In this document: positions 1-11,554 of the stretch, one piece after another
How positions within the stretch are numbered: the first letter of the stretch is position 1
Layout: each line of letters opens with the position of its first letter
NCBI RefSeq assembly: GCF_006345805.1
Contig: NC_042997.1
Span: 99,386,001-99,450,000 of the forward strand
DNA from: Octopus sinensis
Taxonomy: Eukaryota
Length of the DNA stretch: 64,000 nucleotides
Reading direction: 5' to 3'
The notes under the pieces: model-generated
What the model saw: only the letters and a program-made list of their open reading frames with translations
What the model was told of the DNA's origin: nothing
Databases searched by the model: none
Made by a program: the position numbers and the translations under genes

Positions 1-399
1 TTGGAATTCTGGATATCATGCTGATTTTCATAATGTTTATTCTGAGGAAAATACATAAGAGAGATTTCCCGGAGCCTACATCATATCCAAGAAACAACTT
101 GAAAGTGTCGCTGTACTGTATTAGGGATACAAACTGTCTACCTTAGGTTTACGTTTCAAAATACACATCAGTCACATCTAAATGACTAACATCAGTACTG
201 CTGTTACAGAGTCTTTCTCAGACTAACAACGATCTCCCACTGTTTCGGTAACACTGCTGTCTTAGACATTATTCATAATTCCTTGGATGTCCTCTGGGAA
301 AACCATATTTATTAAGTCAGCAATTCAACTTCTAGATTACTGCATTATGCTGTTGCAGCTCCTTTTGGTTTCACTGTTCTCTCCATTACTCCTTGTTCT

Positions 400-443
<44 letters not shown>

Positions 444-1292
444 ATTGTGGGATGGCTGTGGCTTTGATACTTGTTATGCTTCCACATACATCTCAGAAAC
501 ATTACTGTCCTTGATGGTATTGGCTTTTACATATTTAATATAGCTGAAATTGGTATGTGCACCCAACTGCATCGAGATAGTTTGCGCCAAAACTTCAAGC
601 GATTTTACTTGAACATACAAGAACAATCACTTCTTAGCTTAACATGAGAGAACTTCCACACACCTTCGAAACTCTAAACAGAAAATAGGGAATGCCCGAG
701 CTACAAAACTCCCCTGCAAATGCGAAAGAAGTATACCCTACAAAGAGGAGCCAAACAGGATCAGTGGATGTGTTGTCGATTACTGAGAATAGGGTGAAAA
801 TGTGCTCCCACTGTCCCCTGTAATTTATATTTAATTTCAAAGATATCATTCCATACCACGAAACAAAATCAGTGGAAATAACTCATCAGCATCATTTGCA
901 AAATCCGCTCTCTAAACTATAAAGAAAACTGTAAAAGAAGTGGACAAGATCAAATACATGCGTCTGTTTCTCTTCTTAAACAGGAATGAGAGAAGCATCT
1001 TCCTCAATGTTACATTAAAAATAAATTTTTTTGCAATCGCAATGCTATTACAAAATACTCAAGGATGAGTACTTTTGCCATGGGACCACGCATAAAGAGA
1101 GAATTATGAATTAATAGAATTATATACATCAGATATATATCGGGAGAGCTTTCGCTCTGCAGGCGTCCGGTATTTGCTGTGATGATGGACTATTCATTTT
1201 GCAAATAATAAATGAACATTTGATGTATGCTGTAAGATTTAAAGCTCACTGTACATACGAATCGAAGCGTTTTTGATATCTAATTAAAGAGG

Positions 1293-1395
1293 GTGCGGTG
1301 AGCTGGCAGAATTGTTAGCACGCCGGGTGAATGCTTAGCGGCATTTCGTCCGTCTGCATGTTCTGAGCTCAAATTCCACCGAGGTCGACTTTACT
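1293..1395 (+). mobile_element. tRNA-derived SINE family B, 5' fragment
   Basis: GCGGTGAGCTGGCAGAATTGTTAGCACGCCGGG...TTCTGAGCTCAAATTCCACCGAGGTCGACTTT matches the head of the full copy at 47223-47460. Confidence 0.8.
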
Positions 1396-2690
1396 TTTGG
1401 GCTTGTTAATTTTAGAAAGGAAGTAAGTAGTAGGGGTGCGTGGAGCACGAACAATGAGGTCGGAAGTGGTGGGAGGATGATGGGAGAAGAAAATGGGGTC
1501 ATGAATAGTGGAGGATACAGTCTGTTGGTAGTTAGGCGTGGGATTGGAGGGCAGAGGGCAAGAGAAGGAGGTGTCTTGAAGTTGACGGAGAGCTTTAGGC
1601 TTGTAAAGTTCTATGCGCCACACCACTACAGCTCCACCCTTGTCGGCCGGTTTGATGACGATATTTTTGCATTGACAGAAGCATCGAAAGGCCGCAAGTT
1701 CGGCAGGGGAAATGTTGCAATGTGGAGGAGGCCTGAAAAAGTTAAACCGGTCCACAAGACGTTGGCAGGTGCTTGCAAATTGATCAACTGCTTGGAACTG
1801 GCTAGGAGCTGGCGTCCAGGGAAATGGTTGACATCCCAGGTAGGTGAAGCAGTCTTCTTCATTAGATGCGGGTGGAGTGTTGTGGAATAGTGCATGTAGC
1901 CAGACGCGGCACACAAAGTGTTGAATATCAGCATGGGTCTGAAGCGGGATGAAGCACAGACCCTTACCGAGAAGAGAGCGCTCCATTTCAGAGAAAGAAA
2001 AGGGGGTTAGGTGGGGGAAGGCTGGGAAAGGAGGGGGAAGGCTGGGAGAAGGGAGAAGAGGAAGTGGTGTGTTGGAGGGTTGAAGTAATGGAAGGGTGGG
2101 AGTGAAGATGGGGGATGAATGGATCGGGGAAGCAGGGGGAAGGGTTGAGTGTAGTGGAATCGGATGAGACAGGATGAAAGAGTGAGTGGAATTTATGCTG
2201 TTTAGTGCGTACCAGAAATTCATGGAAAATGTGGTTTAGGTGGATGAGGAAGCGTAAGGTGGTATGTGCAACAGATGGTGAGCAGCAGGGAAAAAAAGAT
2301 GGAATAAGCGAGAGGGAGAAGGCGGTCGAGGGTGTGTATTTTGGAGAGATTAGAACGAATGGTGGCACACATAAGGCGGGAGGAAGTGGCGCGGAGTATA
2401 GGTAAGATGACAGAGGCAGAATGGAAAGTAGGGTGGAACTGGAGGCAGAAACCTTTGGGGATGAGGCGGTGGTGAGGGCAGCGACTGAGAAAAAGGAAAC
2501 GTGTCTAAAGAAACGTGTCTTTTTTTTAATCAGTGGGGAAAGATTAATAGGAGGTTTAAAGCAGTGGAAAGGAAGTGTGGTAATGTGTTTTTTAGGCGGT
2601 GGTGATTGTAGAGGAGGAAGGATTTACAATTAGGCATGCTGAAAAAGGAGAAAAAGAAAGAAAGAAGAAAGTTAAAATGGGGAGAGAATG
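1395..2690 (-). mobile_element. Penelope-like element (PLE) remnant, N-terminal part of the reverse transcriptase
   Basis: ORF 1369-2223 has PLE motifs SLLGKGLCFIP, IVIKPADKGGAVVVW, KALRQLQDTSF and PRTPTTYFLSKINKP. It breaks off at the SINE junction near 1395. Confidence 0.85.
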
Positions 2691-2792
2691 GCAAAGTTAT
2701 TAATGTACGGAATTTAAAAGTTCAGACAATTCAAGATCAGAACGATTTACATCAACGAAAATAACCTGTGAGATCCGTGAAGGTAAAGTCCG

Positions 2793-2793
<1 letters not shown>

Positions 2794-2835
<42 letters not shown>

Positions 2836-3236
2836 TGTGTCTGTGTCTGTGCGTGTTTGTGTACATATATATAGTGTGCGTATGTATATATGCAAAGATA
2901 GAAACATACAAATGCCTGTACAACACAGTAGGCTCCAGTGACAATCATTGCAAGATGATTGTTACTATTTTGATTGCAATATTTGGCAGAGTATCTTTCT
3001 CCTGGAAGAGCTGCCTTCCCCGCGGCTTTATCAAAACTATCGGGAGCCCCCACGATTCCAGAACTACTCGAATGGAGCTTCACCTCTGGAAGCAGTTTAA
3101 TGTCATAACCAGGACATAGAAATGAACATACATACATAACGTACATACATAACATACATACATACATACATACATACATACATACATACATACATACATA
3201 CATACATACATACATACATACATACATACATACATA
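2794..3236. repeat. (GT)n at ~2794-2870 and (TACA)n at ~3127-3236
   Basis: Direct reading. Confidence 0.9.
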
Positions 3237-3438
3237 CTCTTCGGAATCTACGGTGTTTATATTAAATTTTTCCCAACCGTTTTTAAATGAAATTAAAGCT
3301 TCATTAAGAAAATGAGAACATATTTCAATTCCAATTAAGGGACATTTAACATTCCAGCATCTCGGAAAGAGAAGAGGCAACCCATTTTGGATTTTTATTC
3401 CTATCGCCCGCTAAAGCATGTATATATTTATAGACACA

Positions 3439-3615
3439 AGTTTGGCTGTGTAGTAAGAAGTGTACATCGCAACAACATGGTTCAGGGTTCAGTCCCACTG
3501 CATGGCACCTTGGGCAAGTGTCTTCAACTATAGCCTCGGGCCGACCAAAGCCTTGTGAGTGGATTTGGTAGACGGAAACTGAAAGAAGTTCGTCGTATAT
3601 ACTCTGTGTGTGTGT

Positions 3616-3670
<55 letters not shown>

Positions 3671-3847
3671 TGTGTGTGCGCGCGCGTGTGTGTCTGTCTG
3701 TCTGTCTAAGGATCTCCTCACCACCGCTATTGTTGTTTACGTCCTCGTAACTTAACGGTTCAGTATAAGAGATCGATAGAATAAGCATCAGTCTATTATT
3801 TAAAAAATTAGCACTGGAGTCTAATGACTGAAACAAATAAAAGATAA
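3439..3847 (+). mobile_element. tRNA-derived SINE family A with internal (GT)n
   Basis: Head TGGCTGTGTAGTAAG...GGGTTCAGTCCCACTGCATGGCACCTTGGGCAAG, body GGATTTGGTAGACGGAAACTGAAAGAAG, tail ATGACTGAAACAAATAAAAGA. Confidence 0.85.
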
Positions 3848-3857
3848 TATATATTTA

Positions 3858-4023
3858 GGAACAGGAGTAGCTGTATGGTAAGAAGCTTGCTTTACAACCA
3901 CATAGTTCCGAGTTCAGTCCTACTGCGTGGCACCTTGGGCAAGTGCCTTCCACTATAGCCTCGGGCCGACCAAATCCTTGAGAGTGGATCTGGTAGACGG
4001 AAATCCGTTGTATACATATATAA

Positions 4024-4075
<52 letters not shown>

Positions 4076-4303
4076 ATATGTATGTATGTATGTATAAATT
4101 TGTGTGTCTGTATTTGTCCCCCACCATCGTTTGACAATCGATGTTAGTGTGTTTATGTCCCCGTAACTTGGCGGTTCGGCAAAAAAGAACGACATAATAA
4201 GTACGAGGCTTACAAAAAATAAGTCCTGAGGTCGATTTGTTCGACTAAAGGCGGTGCTCCAGCATGGCTACAGCCAAATGGCTGAAACAAGTAAATGAAC
4301 AAA
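3858..4303 (+). mobile_element. SINE family A with internal (TA)n/(TATG)n
   Basis: Same head, body and tail (GGCGGTGCTCCAGCATGGC...CTGAAACAAGTAAA); head-to-tail with the previous copy. Confidence 0.9.
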
Positions 4304-4304
4304 A

Positions 4305-4362
<58 letters not shown>

Positions 4363-4387
4363 ATATATATTGTATATATATATATAT

Positions 4388-4690
4388 ATCACGTGATCAC
4401 GTGACCGACCAATCCATCAGATGTAGTTGCACATCGCTGGTCACAATGTGTTCGCATTGTTTTAGCCTTCGAATGACGCCACCCCGCTGGCTAAGCGAGC
4501 AGGCCAACAGAAGAAAGAGTGGGAGAAAGAGTGGTGAAAGAATACAGTAGGTATCACCACCCCCTCCTTGAGCCTCGTGGAGGTTTTAGGTATTTTCGCT
4601 CAATAAACACTGACAACGCCCGGTCTGGGAATCGAAACCGCGATCCTACGACCGCGAGTCCGCTGCCCTAACCACTGGGCCATTGCGCCT

Positions 4691-4694
<4 letters not shown>
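4388..4694 (-). mobile_element. tRNA-derived SINE family C
   Basis: Minus strand starts GTGGAGGCGCAATGGCCCAGTGGTTAGGGCAGCGGACTCGCGGTCGTAGGATCGCGGTTTCGATTCCCAGACC (A and B boxes) and ends GGTCACGTGATCACGTGATATA. Confidence 0.85.
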
Positions 4695-4729
<35 letters not shown>

Positions 4730-4731
4730 TA

Positions 4732-4762
<31 letters not shown>

Positions 4763-4824
4763 ATATATATATGTATTATATATATATATATATTATTATA
4801 TATATGTATATATGTATATATATG

Positions 4825-4856
<32 letters not shown>

Positions 4857-4931
4857 TATATAAATATATATATATGTATATTATATATGTATATATATAT
4901 ATATAATAATATATATATATTATATATTATA

Positions 4932-4970
<39 letters not shown>

Positions 4971-4995
4971 GTGTGTGTGTGTGTATATATATATA
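4695..4995. repeat. Compound (CA)n/(TA)n low-complexity tract
   Basis: Direct reading. Confidence 0.9.
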
Positions 4996-5494
4996 TTGAA
5001 TGTAATGATATATGTATAATATATGGCGTGTACTGGTACACCGGCGATTATAATTAATTTTATTGTATCGCATTTATCTTTGTTTACATATTCTCTCGAT
5101 AAATTTCTGACCGTTAGACGATATACCACAATCCCCTATTTTGTCGGGTTTGTTCTGAGTCTGCGCAGTGTTTTGAATAGTTTAGAAAGAGCATTTCGAT
5201 AGACGCACATGGGTCTATTGATATGGTCTTCCCATCATTAACAGGAATCTTACTGAAGAGCCAGCCTGAGTAATAAATACTATTTTTATTACTGAATTTG
5301 GCGAAACTGCAGTATAAGAAAAGTTAAGTTTGTAAAAGTTTTTAATTTTCATCTCACTAAATTTATCCAGCTATTGTGTATCTAGTGCACTCTTCGCCTT
5401 GAATGTAATGATATATGTATAATATATGGCGTGTACTGGTACACCGGTGATTATAATTAATTTTATTGTATCGCATTTATCTTTGTTTACATAT
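4996..5494 (+). mobile_element. Retrozyme-like or PLE-derived non-autonomous element: 403-nt unit with 96-bp terminal direct repeats and an internal hammerhead
   Basis: 4996-5091 and 5399-5494 differ only by C5045/T5448. Both flanks are (TA)n. Confidence 0.7.
5238..5327 (+). ncRNA. Type I hammerhead ribozyme
   Basis: Stem I TCTTA(5248-52)/TAAGA(5315-19), extended by TTAAC/GTTAA after an internal loop. Core CTGAAGA 5253-59. Stem II GCCA/TGGC. GAAA 5303-06. Palindromic stem III CTGCAG. GUA cleavage triplet ending at 5314. Confidence 0.8.
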
Positions 5495-7777
5495 ATATAT
5501 ATATATATTCACTTACATCATAAAGTGACGTATTACAATATTAATAATATTAGTTAGATAAAAGGCAGTGAGTAGCACATTCAGATAATGATGGTTTATA
5601 TTGTTAAGGAACCTCTCTTAACTTTCCAATTTCAAATCCTGCGAAGAACGAGTTTGCTTCATAACTCTAAGGTTAATAAATAATATACCAGTTAAGGACA
5701 CTGTTGAAATCTATTGGCTACACCCTATCTCCAACATTTGAAGCAAAGCTATAAATCAATATTTATTATTAGCTACGTAATGGACCAAGAAAATCACATA
5801 ATTCAGAAAGGTTTATGGAAATCCTTTTCGACTGGCGATCTTGGATAATTAATTATAGATTACAGTAGATTTATAGGTATTAGTATATTTAACTCGACAT
5901 TGCAGATTCGTAGAGAAATTGTCCAAACTGCTTTAAATCCTGCCACCTAAATGCTCACGAGATAGCAATTTCTCGGTGTTGTCCATTATTTAAATATTTG
6001 TAATATTTTCAATATATTATTTTCCTGAAGCTCTGCTGAACGCATTCTGGCTTTCTTGATTCAATCTTCAAAAATTCAATTTATTAATAGTGTGTCTTTT
6101 TTAAAAGAAAAATCGTAATAAATATATCTGTAGCAACTATAAGCAGCAGCAGTAGCAATGTTCTCCAGTAAAATACTCGCGTGTATATTTATACACTTAT
6201 GCATTAATTATCTATATCTACAAATACTAAGCCTTGTGTGTGCGTGTATGTGTGCGTGCGTGTGTCTGTGTGTCTGTGTCTGCGTGTGTGTATGTAATAA
6301 CATGTGTCTCATACAAATTTGGAGGAAAAGATTTGCATACTCGTGACTTTATTAATACATACATTTCCAATATCAAAACACAGATTATAAATAGTGAAAC
6401 ATATGTCAATATTTACAGTATTTGGGTGGTGGGGAAAAAACATATTTCCCATTTATCTTGATTTATTCCGTATGCTATATGAAAACTGTTTACCTACGCC
6501 AGCCAAAATTAAACGGCAAGATACTAAATTGTAAAAATATTCACTGAATGCTCTACATAGCTTTTTCACGCTATTTATTGCTTTCTCGTTATTGCCGCTC
6601 TTCTCGTTGAAACTATATTGGTGTTGATGTTATTTCAGCCATGTGTCTGTGTTGTTGTTATTGTTATCGCGGCTGTTACTTTCTTTTCCATTTGGTTTAT
6701 TATCATTATTATTATCATTATTGTAAACAATATTATGGAATATCTAGTCTGATTGGTTGTAGTAGCCTTGAGATGTAATAGGTTGCTCCTTTAGTGTAAT
6801 TTGATGTAGTGTGATACACTATATGTTAATGTTGTAAAAGTAGTGTGTTTTAGTGTAAAGCTAAGACACTATGGTAAGTGCTTGGAGTGATTCCAACATG
6901 TTTGCGCTTTACCTAGACATTAATCTATATTTCAGAGCGGCAATCTATCTGAAATATTCTTCTACTTTCATATATATTTCAATCTGTATCCTTTATCCGA
7001 CCACTACGTGGGTAAGAATAGTACTAGTTTCAAAAAGTAATATGACTATGTCGCTGCTGCTATTGTTGCTGTTGTTGTAGTCGTTGCTGATGATGATGAT
7101 GCTGATGATGTTGATGGTATTTACGTTCAGATCAACAACAACGAGTAGATCTTTGGTCAAAAGTTTACAGCTGTAGCCACAGTCTCTTTATAGTCATCTC
7201 TGGTTACGTTGTCTAATGTCTTTTTTCCTTGTTTGACGTGGTAGAGTAGGATTTTAGTGAAATGTAGCTGCTGTTCTTTAGCAAATCACCCGATCGTACA
7301 CATGCTCTTTGGAGACGAGGTGGAATGGGATAAAGTATAATGTAGTGGAATTCTGTGTTGTTTTGTCTACCACAAGGGGTCTCTGCGAATAAATCCATTG
7401 CGTATAATATATTGCCATGGCTTTATTTACGTTGGGACATGACAGGCTTCGTAGTCTTCATTGAACTAAGACTCAAATATTCATTCATTCATACGTTCAT
7501 TTATTTATTCCTTAAATCATTCATAATTCTATTTCCTCAGGAAATACTTCACGCTTTTATTCAATACAACTAAATTTATCATCATTGTAACCTATAAATT
7601 TAGAAAGCTGAAAGACATTATAGCCAATCTCTGGTTCAAAAGCAATAAAGAAGAGATGTCTTTTTTCAAAATTTGTATGTCCATATTTGGAATTTGATAT
7701 TTATAACACTGGCAGTGGTGGATGCACTTAAACCGTTAGGGAACCAATCAGCTAAGAAGTCGTCATTTTATAGCAAA

Positions 7778-7788
<11 letters not shown>

Positions 7789-7863
<75 letters not shown>
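7789..7863. repeat. (GATA)n
   Basis: Direct reading; abuts the LINE 3' end. Confidence 0.95.
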
Positions 7864-8860
7864 TTAGTTACACAGGGCTTAACACAGAAGGGACAATACA
7901 ATATGGAATTTTCCTTTTTCGAAATCGATCAAAAAGGATCATAAAAAAGACGTTTTGGGGGACGTGTACACACATAGATAACAAGGTGATGTCTTTTAAC
8001 AATTTGAATTGCCAAATGGTGGGGGTGGATATAACACTAACTAGAGTTATCTGTGAAAAGAAAACCCTACGAAAAATAACCACAGTAACCTCGGCAAAAG
8101 GCAAATCTATGAAAGCAAAATGCCCTCTCTTTGTTTGTTTTACAGGTTAAAGCTCAAAGTGGTTCCGTCATTCATGCGTACCATTTTTGCATCACCCACC
8201 TTTTATTAGACAAAATTTCCCTCTCCACTCTTACCCTCCTTTTCAAATGATACTCAAAAATGTTGATGAGAGATTGGCCAGAGAGGAAAATATTTGTCTC
8301 TAAACATTTCAAACGAGTCCACCACACACATTCTTTCGCCATCGCCGCCAGTACAACGAAAACTACCCTGCCTTCCCGGTTAAAGGAAAGTGGCGGGGCA
8401 ATATTCATGATAGACTTGGCTGACAAACGGATTCGTCCCACACGCGACAGCAGCCGTTTGACAGAGGTCCACAGCTCTGAAATATGTGAACACTGCACGA
8501 GTGCGTGTAGAACGGTTTTGCATCTCGAGCAGGTCGGTTCGGTATTTCTTGAACCATGTCTGTAGACCTCTCGAATGGGCAATGCTTCCCGATAGCACTG
8601 CCAGGCTAGGAATCTCTGAAAAGTATCCATAGGTCCCGGCCCGAAAGTGATCCTGATGAGGCGGATCAGGCATTCCTCGTCGACGGCCAGGGTCTCCTCA
8701 AGGACGTCGTCGCACCTCCCAGTGTTTTGGCCAGTGTTTCCTGTTCCAATCCAGTCACCGAAAATGACTCAGAAGAAGGCTGCCCGTACGATAATACAGG
8801 GATACACTACCGGACTAGAGAAGCAGTGTCTTAGACTATTTGACTGTTATAGCGACCACT
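7864..8860 (-). mobile_element. 5'-truncated Tx1/L1-clade LINE: ORF2 C-terminal zinc-finger region plus 3' UTR
   Basis: ORF 8172-8630: WQCYREALPIREVYRHGSRNTEPTCSRC..TVLHALVQC..AKECVWWTRLK, resembling the zf-RVT-type C-terminus. Confidence 0.8.
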
Positions 8861-8909
8861 GATGTCATATACCCCTATGCGGGAATATCATCGCTATTAG
8901 TGTGGTGTA

Positions 8910-9149
8910 TACTCTTTTACTTGTTTCAGTCATTTGACTATGGCCATGCTGGAGCACCGCCTTTAGTCAAGTAAATCGACCCAAGGACTAATTCTTTGTA
9001 AGCCTAGTACTTATTCTATCGGTCTCTTTTACTGAACCGCTAAGTTACGGGGACGTAAACACGGTTGTCAAGCAATGCTGGAGAAACAAACACCGGCACA
9101 CAAACATACAACACACACACACACACACACACATACACACACACACACA

Positions 9150-9182
<33 letters not shown>

Positions 9183-9335
9183 CATACATATATACGACGG
9201 GCTTCTTTCAGTTTCCGTCTACTAAATCCACTCACAAGGCTTTTGTCGACACGAGGCTATAGTTAAAGACATTTGCCCAAGGTGCCACGCAGTGAGACTG
9301 AACCCGGAACGATGTGGTTGGTAAACAAGCTACTT
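8910..9335 (-). mobile_element. SINE family A body and tail; its head is displaced to 11555-11587
   Basis: Full body and tail with internal (CA)n. The 5' end stops at AAGTAGCTTG. Confidence 0.9.
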
Positions 9336-11554
9336 TATTTCAAAACATTTGCCATAAAGGCAGTACACAGATTAAGTTAGCTTTGCGGGCTGGACGAGGA
9401 CATTAATGAAGTGAATGATAATGAAAGAAAGATGATAAGGATGGGAGAAGACAAAAAGCGCCCGCCGACTTTCGCTTCTCTAAAACATTGTTCTTTTTAA
9501 AGATAAACACAAAACGAGGTATTAAACCTCTTACAATTTTTTCCAATTTTTGGACTTAGCAGTCCATTATTACAAAACGAGGTGTTAAACCTCTTACAAT
9601 TTTTCAATTTTTGAACTTAGCAGTCCATTACTAATAATAACAGTTCAATAATTACATATCATCCTCGAAATAGCTTGTCCCCGCGCCCTCCACCATCAAC
9701 CACGCCTCCCTCAGAACGTAATCAAGTTCCGAGTTTGCGTCGCCCGGGACCAAGTTATAATCTTCATTGACCTCCTTTAGCCCAAGCGTCACGTCGAACG
9801 CCACGGCCTCCACAGCTACCTGCGGAGGCCATTCGGGGTCCTGTGTGAAGGCTAAAGGTGCTCCCTTGTGGTGCTCTTCCATCACCTTTTCAATTTCACC
9901 TCCTCTATAGAAGAGGACCAATACGTTCAGTTCTTTCGTTGGCGGCACAGTTCCCGCCAACGGTATTCCTTCTCTTGTCGGTGGCACAGCCCCAACCGAC
10001 GTAGTGCCGGGACATTCCGGTGCTATGTCACTGACAGCCGGCAATGTCCCGTTTTTCTTCCTCTTTTTCTTTTTTTTCCCTTTTCAACTGAGGGAGGGTG
10101 CGTCTCCTCCGTGGCCGGAAGATTCGCCTTCCTCTCCTCATCCCTATTGTCCTTTGGTGAGCACCCATTGTTGCTCACCTTCCTCTTTCGGCCTCTGTTT
10201 GAGGAGTCCTCTGCTTTCTCGGCCGTTATCATTCCCTCTTCTAGAGGGGTTTTACTTAACTGTTCCGGGATCCTATTTTGTTCCCGGGGACAGTTCTTCT
10301 TTATGTGGCCGGACTCCAAGCACCGATGACACTTAGGGGGGCGACCCTCAAGCATCACCGGGTACCTGCACCCGGCCATTTTCAAAAAATCTGGAAGAAC
10401 CAGATTGGCTGATTGGGTCCACAGGGTCAAAATTGCTTTTGACACAACCCAAGCAGCCGCAGGAAGAACTTTTACATTAAGGAGCTTAGTTTCGCTGCCA
10501 CCCAGACCCCGGCGGATAGTCTCCTCTATCCACTCGGGTTCTATGTCGGGTGGGAGCCCGCAAATCCAAGCTTTCATCAATTTCTTTTTTTTTGTACGTG
10601 GGCAGGAATAAGATTTCCTTACCCTCCAGGGGTTTGCTAGCAAATTTGCAAGCCTCTTCAGGGGTGTCAAATCGCAACCACACCGTTGCATATTTGACAC
10701 CCCTGGAAATGAATTTAATTGTTGGCAAATACTCTTCCAACTCCTTTTCAATTGCCGTCTTTTCGAATAGGGCGATGGTGTCGAGTGCCTTGGAGTAGGT
10801 TCTCAACACCACCGTCCTATCTTCACGGTCTTTTAACCACTTTTTAGGCGGTATAATCTTCCATTCCAAAAGTTTGTTATTTTTCATTGCCATGTTTTTT
10901 TTGTTTTTTTGGGGTTTTTTGGGGGTTTTTTTTAAATGTATTCAAAATAAAATTAAAAAACGAGAAGAAAAGGAAATCAGAAGAAAGTCACGGTGAAAAA
11001 GGGAGAAATTCAAATAAAGTTAAAAAGAAAGTCAAATAAAGTTAAAAAGAAAGTCAATAACACAGCAAAAACCTTCTGGCCATTCGGTACTCCCGGCCTA
11101 CATTGAACCCGGAACGCCGCAACTGGAACACAACTTCCGCAAAAATTGGTGTAAAATTGGTAAAAATTGTTCAAACTTCGGAGGCAAAACACTCTCCTAT
11201 ATAACAGTTTTCACAATTCTTAAAGTTCGTCACAGCACAATACAATTCTCATAATTAGGCGAGAAAATATTCACTCAATTTATCGAAGACGGATACGCCC
11301 CCCAAAAATTTTCACAATTCAGCGAGAAAAATATATTTGCCACATGTCGGCAGAATCAGAATTCTGAATCCAGTAGGACTTCCTGCCTGTAAAAAACAAT
11401 TCTCAACAAAAACTCCCACTGGACCCAGAAAACAGAATCTTACCTTACATGGGGCTTCCAAAATTTTCAATTCAAGACGGCTTCAAAAGCACGTCTTCAC
11501 CGCTTCAGTGCCAAACACAACACTGACTCGCACATGCGCAGAAGCAACTGTTAG
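9336..11554 (-). mobile_element. ORF1-only non-LTR-like retroelement (HAL1-like organisation), bounded by a TSD
   Basis: TSD CAAGCTACTT at 9326-9335 and 11555-11564. About 660-nt 5' UTR, one gag-like ORF, about 315-nt 3' UTR ending in AATAAA. No RT or endonuclease coding. Confidence 0.8.
9652..10893 (-). pseudogene. Gag-like/L1-Tx1-type ORF1 (~410 aa) with CCHC zinc knuckle and two frameshifts
   Basis: ORFs 10486-10893, 10023-10751 and 9652-10044 join across A-runs at ~10585 and ~10065. CHRCLESGHIKKNC is CX2CX4HX4C. A basic low-complexity region follows. Confidence 0.75.

Noticed and set aside
1-1060. Coding-like fragments in several frames (e.g. WNSGYHADFHNVYSEEN, LLHYAVAAPFG) and ORF 287-514
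   Set aside because: Frequent stops, no recognisable family; the poly-Ala comes from a (GCT)n repeat.
2700-3380. 226-aa minus-strand ORF
   Set aside because: It stays open mainly through stop-free (TACA)n and (CA)n repeats; the unique segments match nothing I recognise.
4620-4694. tRNA gene
   Set aside because: The tRNA-like head continues into a SINE body and has no T-run terminator. The same applies to the other SINE heads.
4996-5494. Interpretation as a TRIM or mini-LTR retrotransposon (TG...CA-like ends)
   Set aside because: No primer-binding site or clear polypurine tract on either strand; the internal hammerhead fits a retrozyme or PLE-type unit better.
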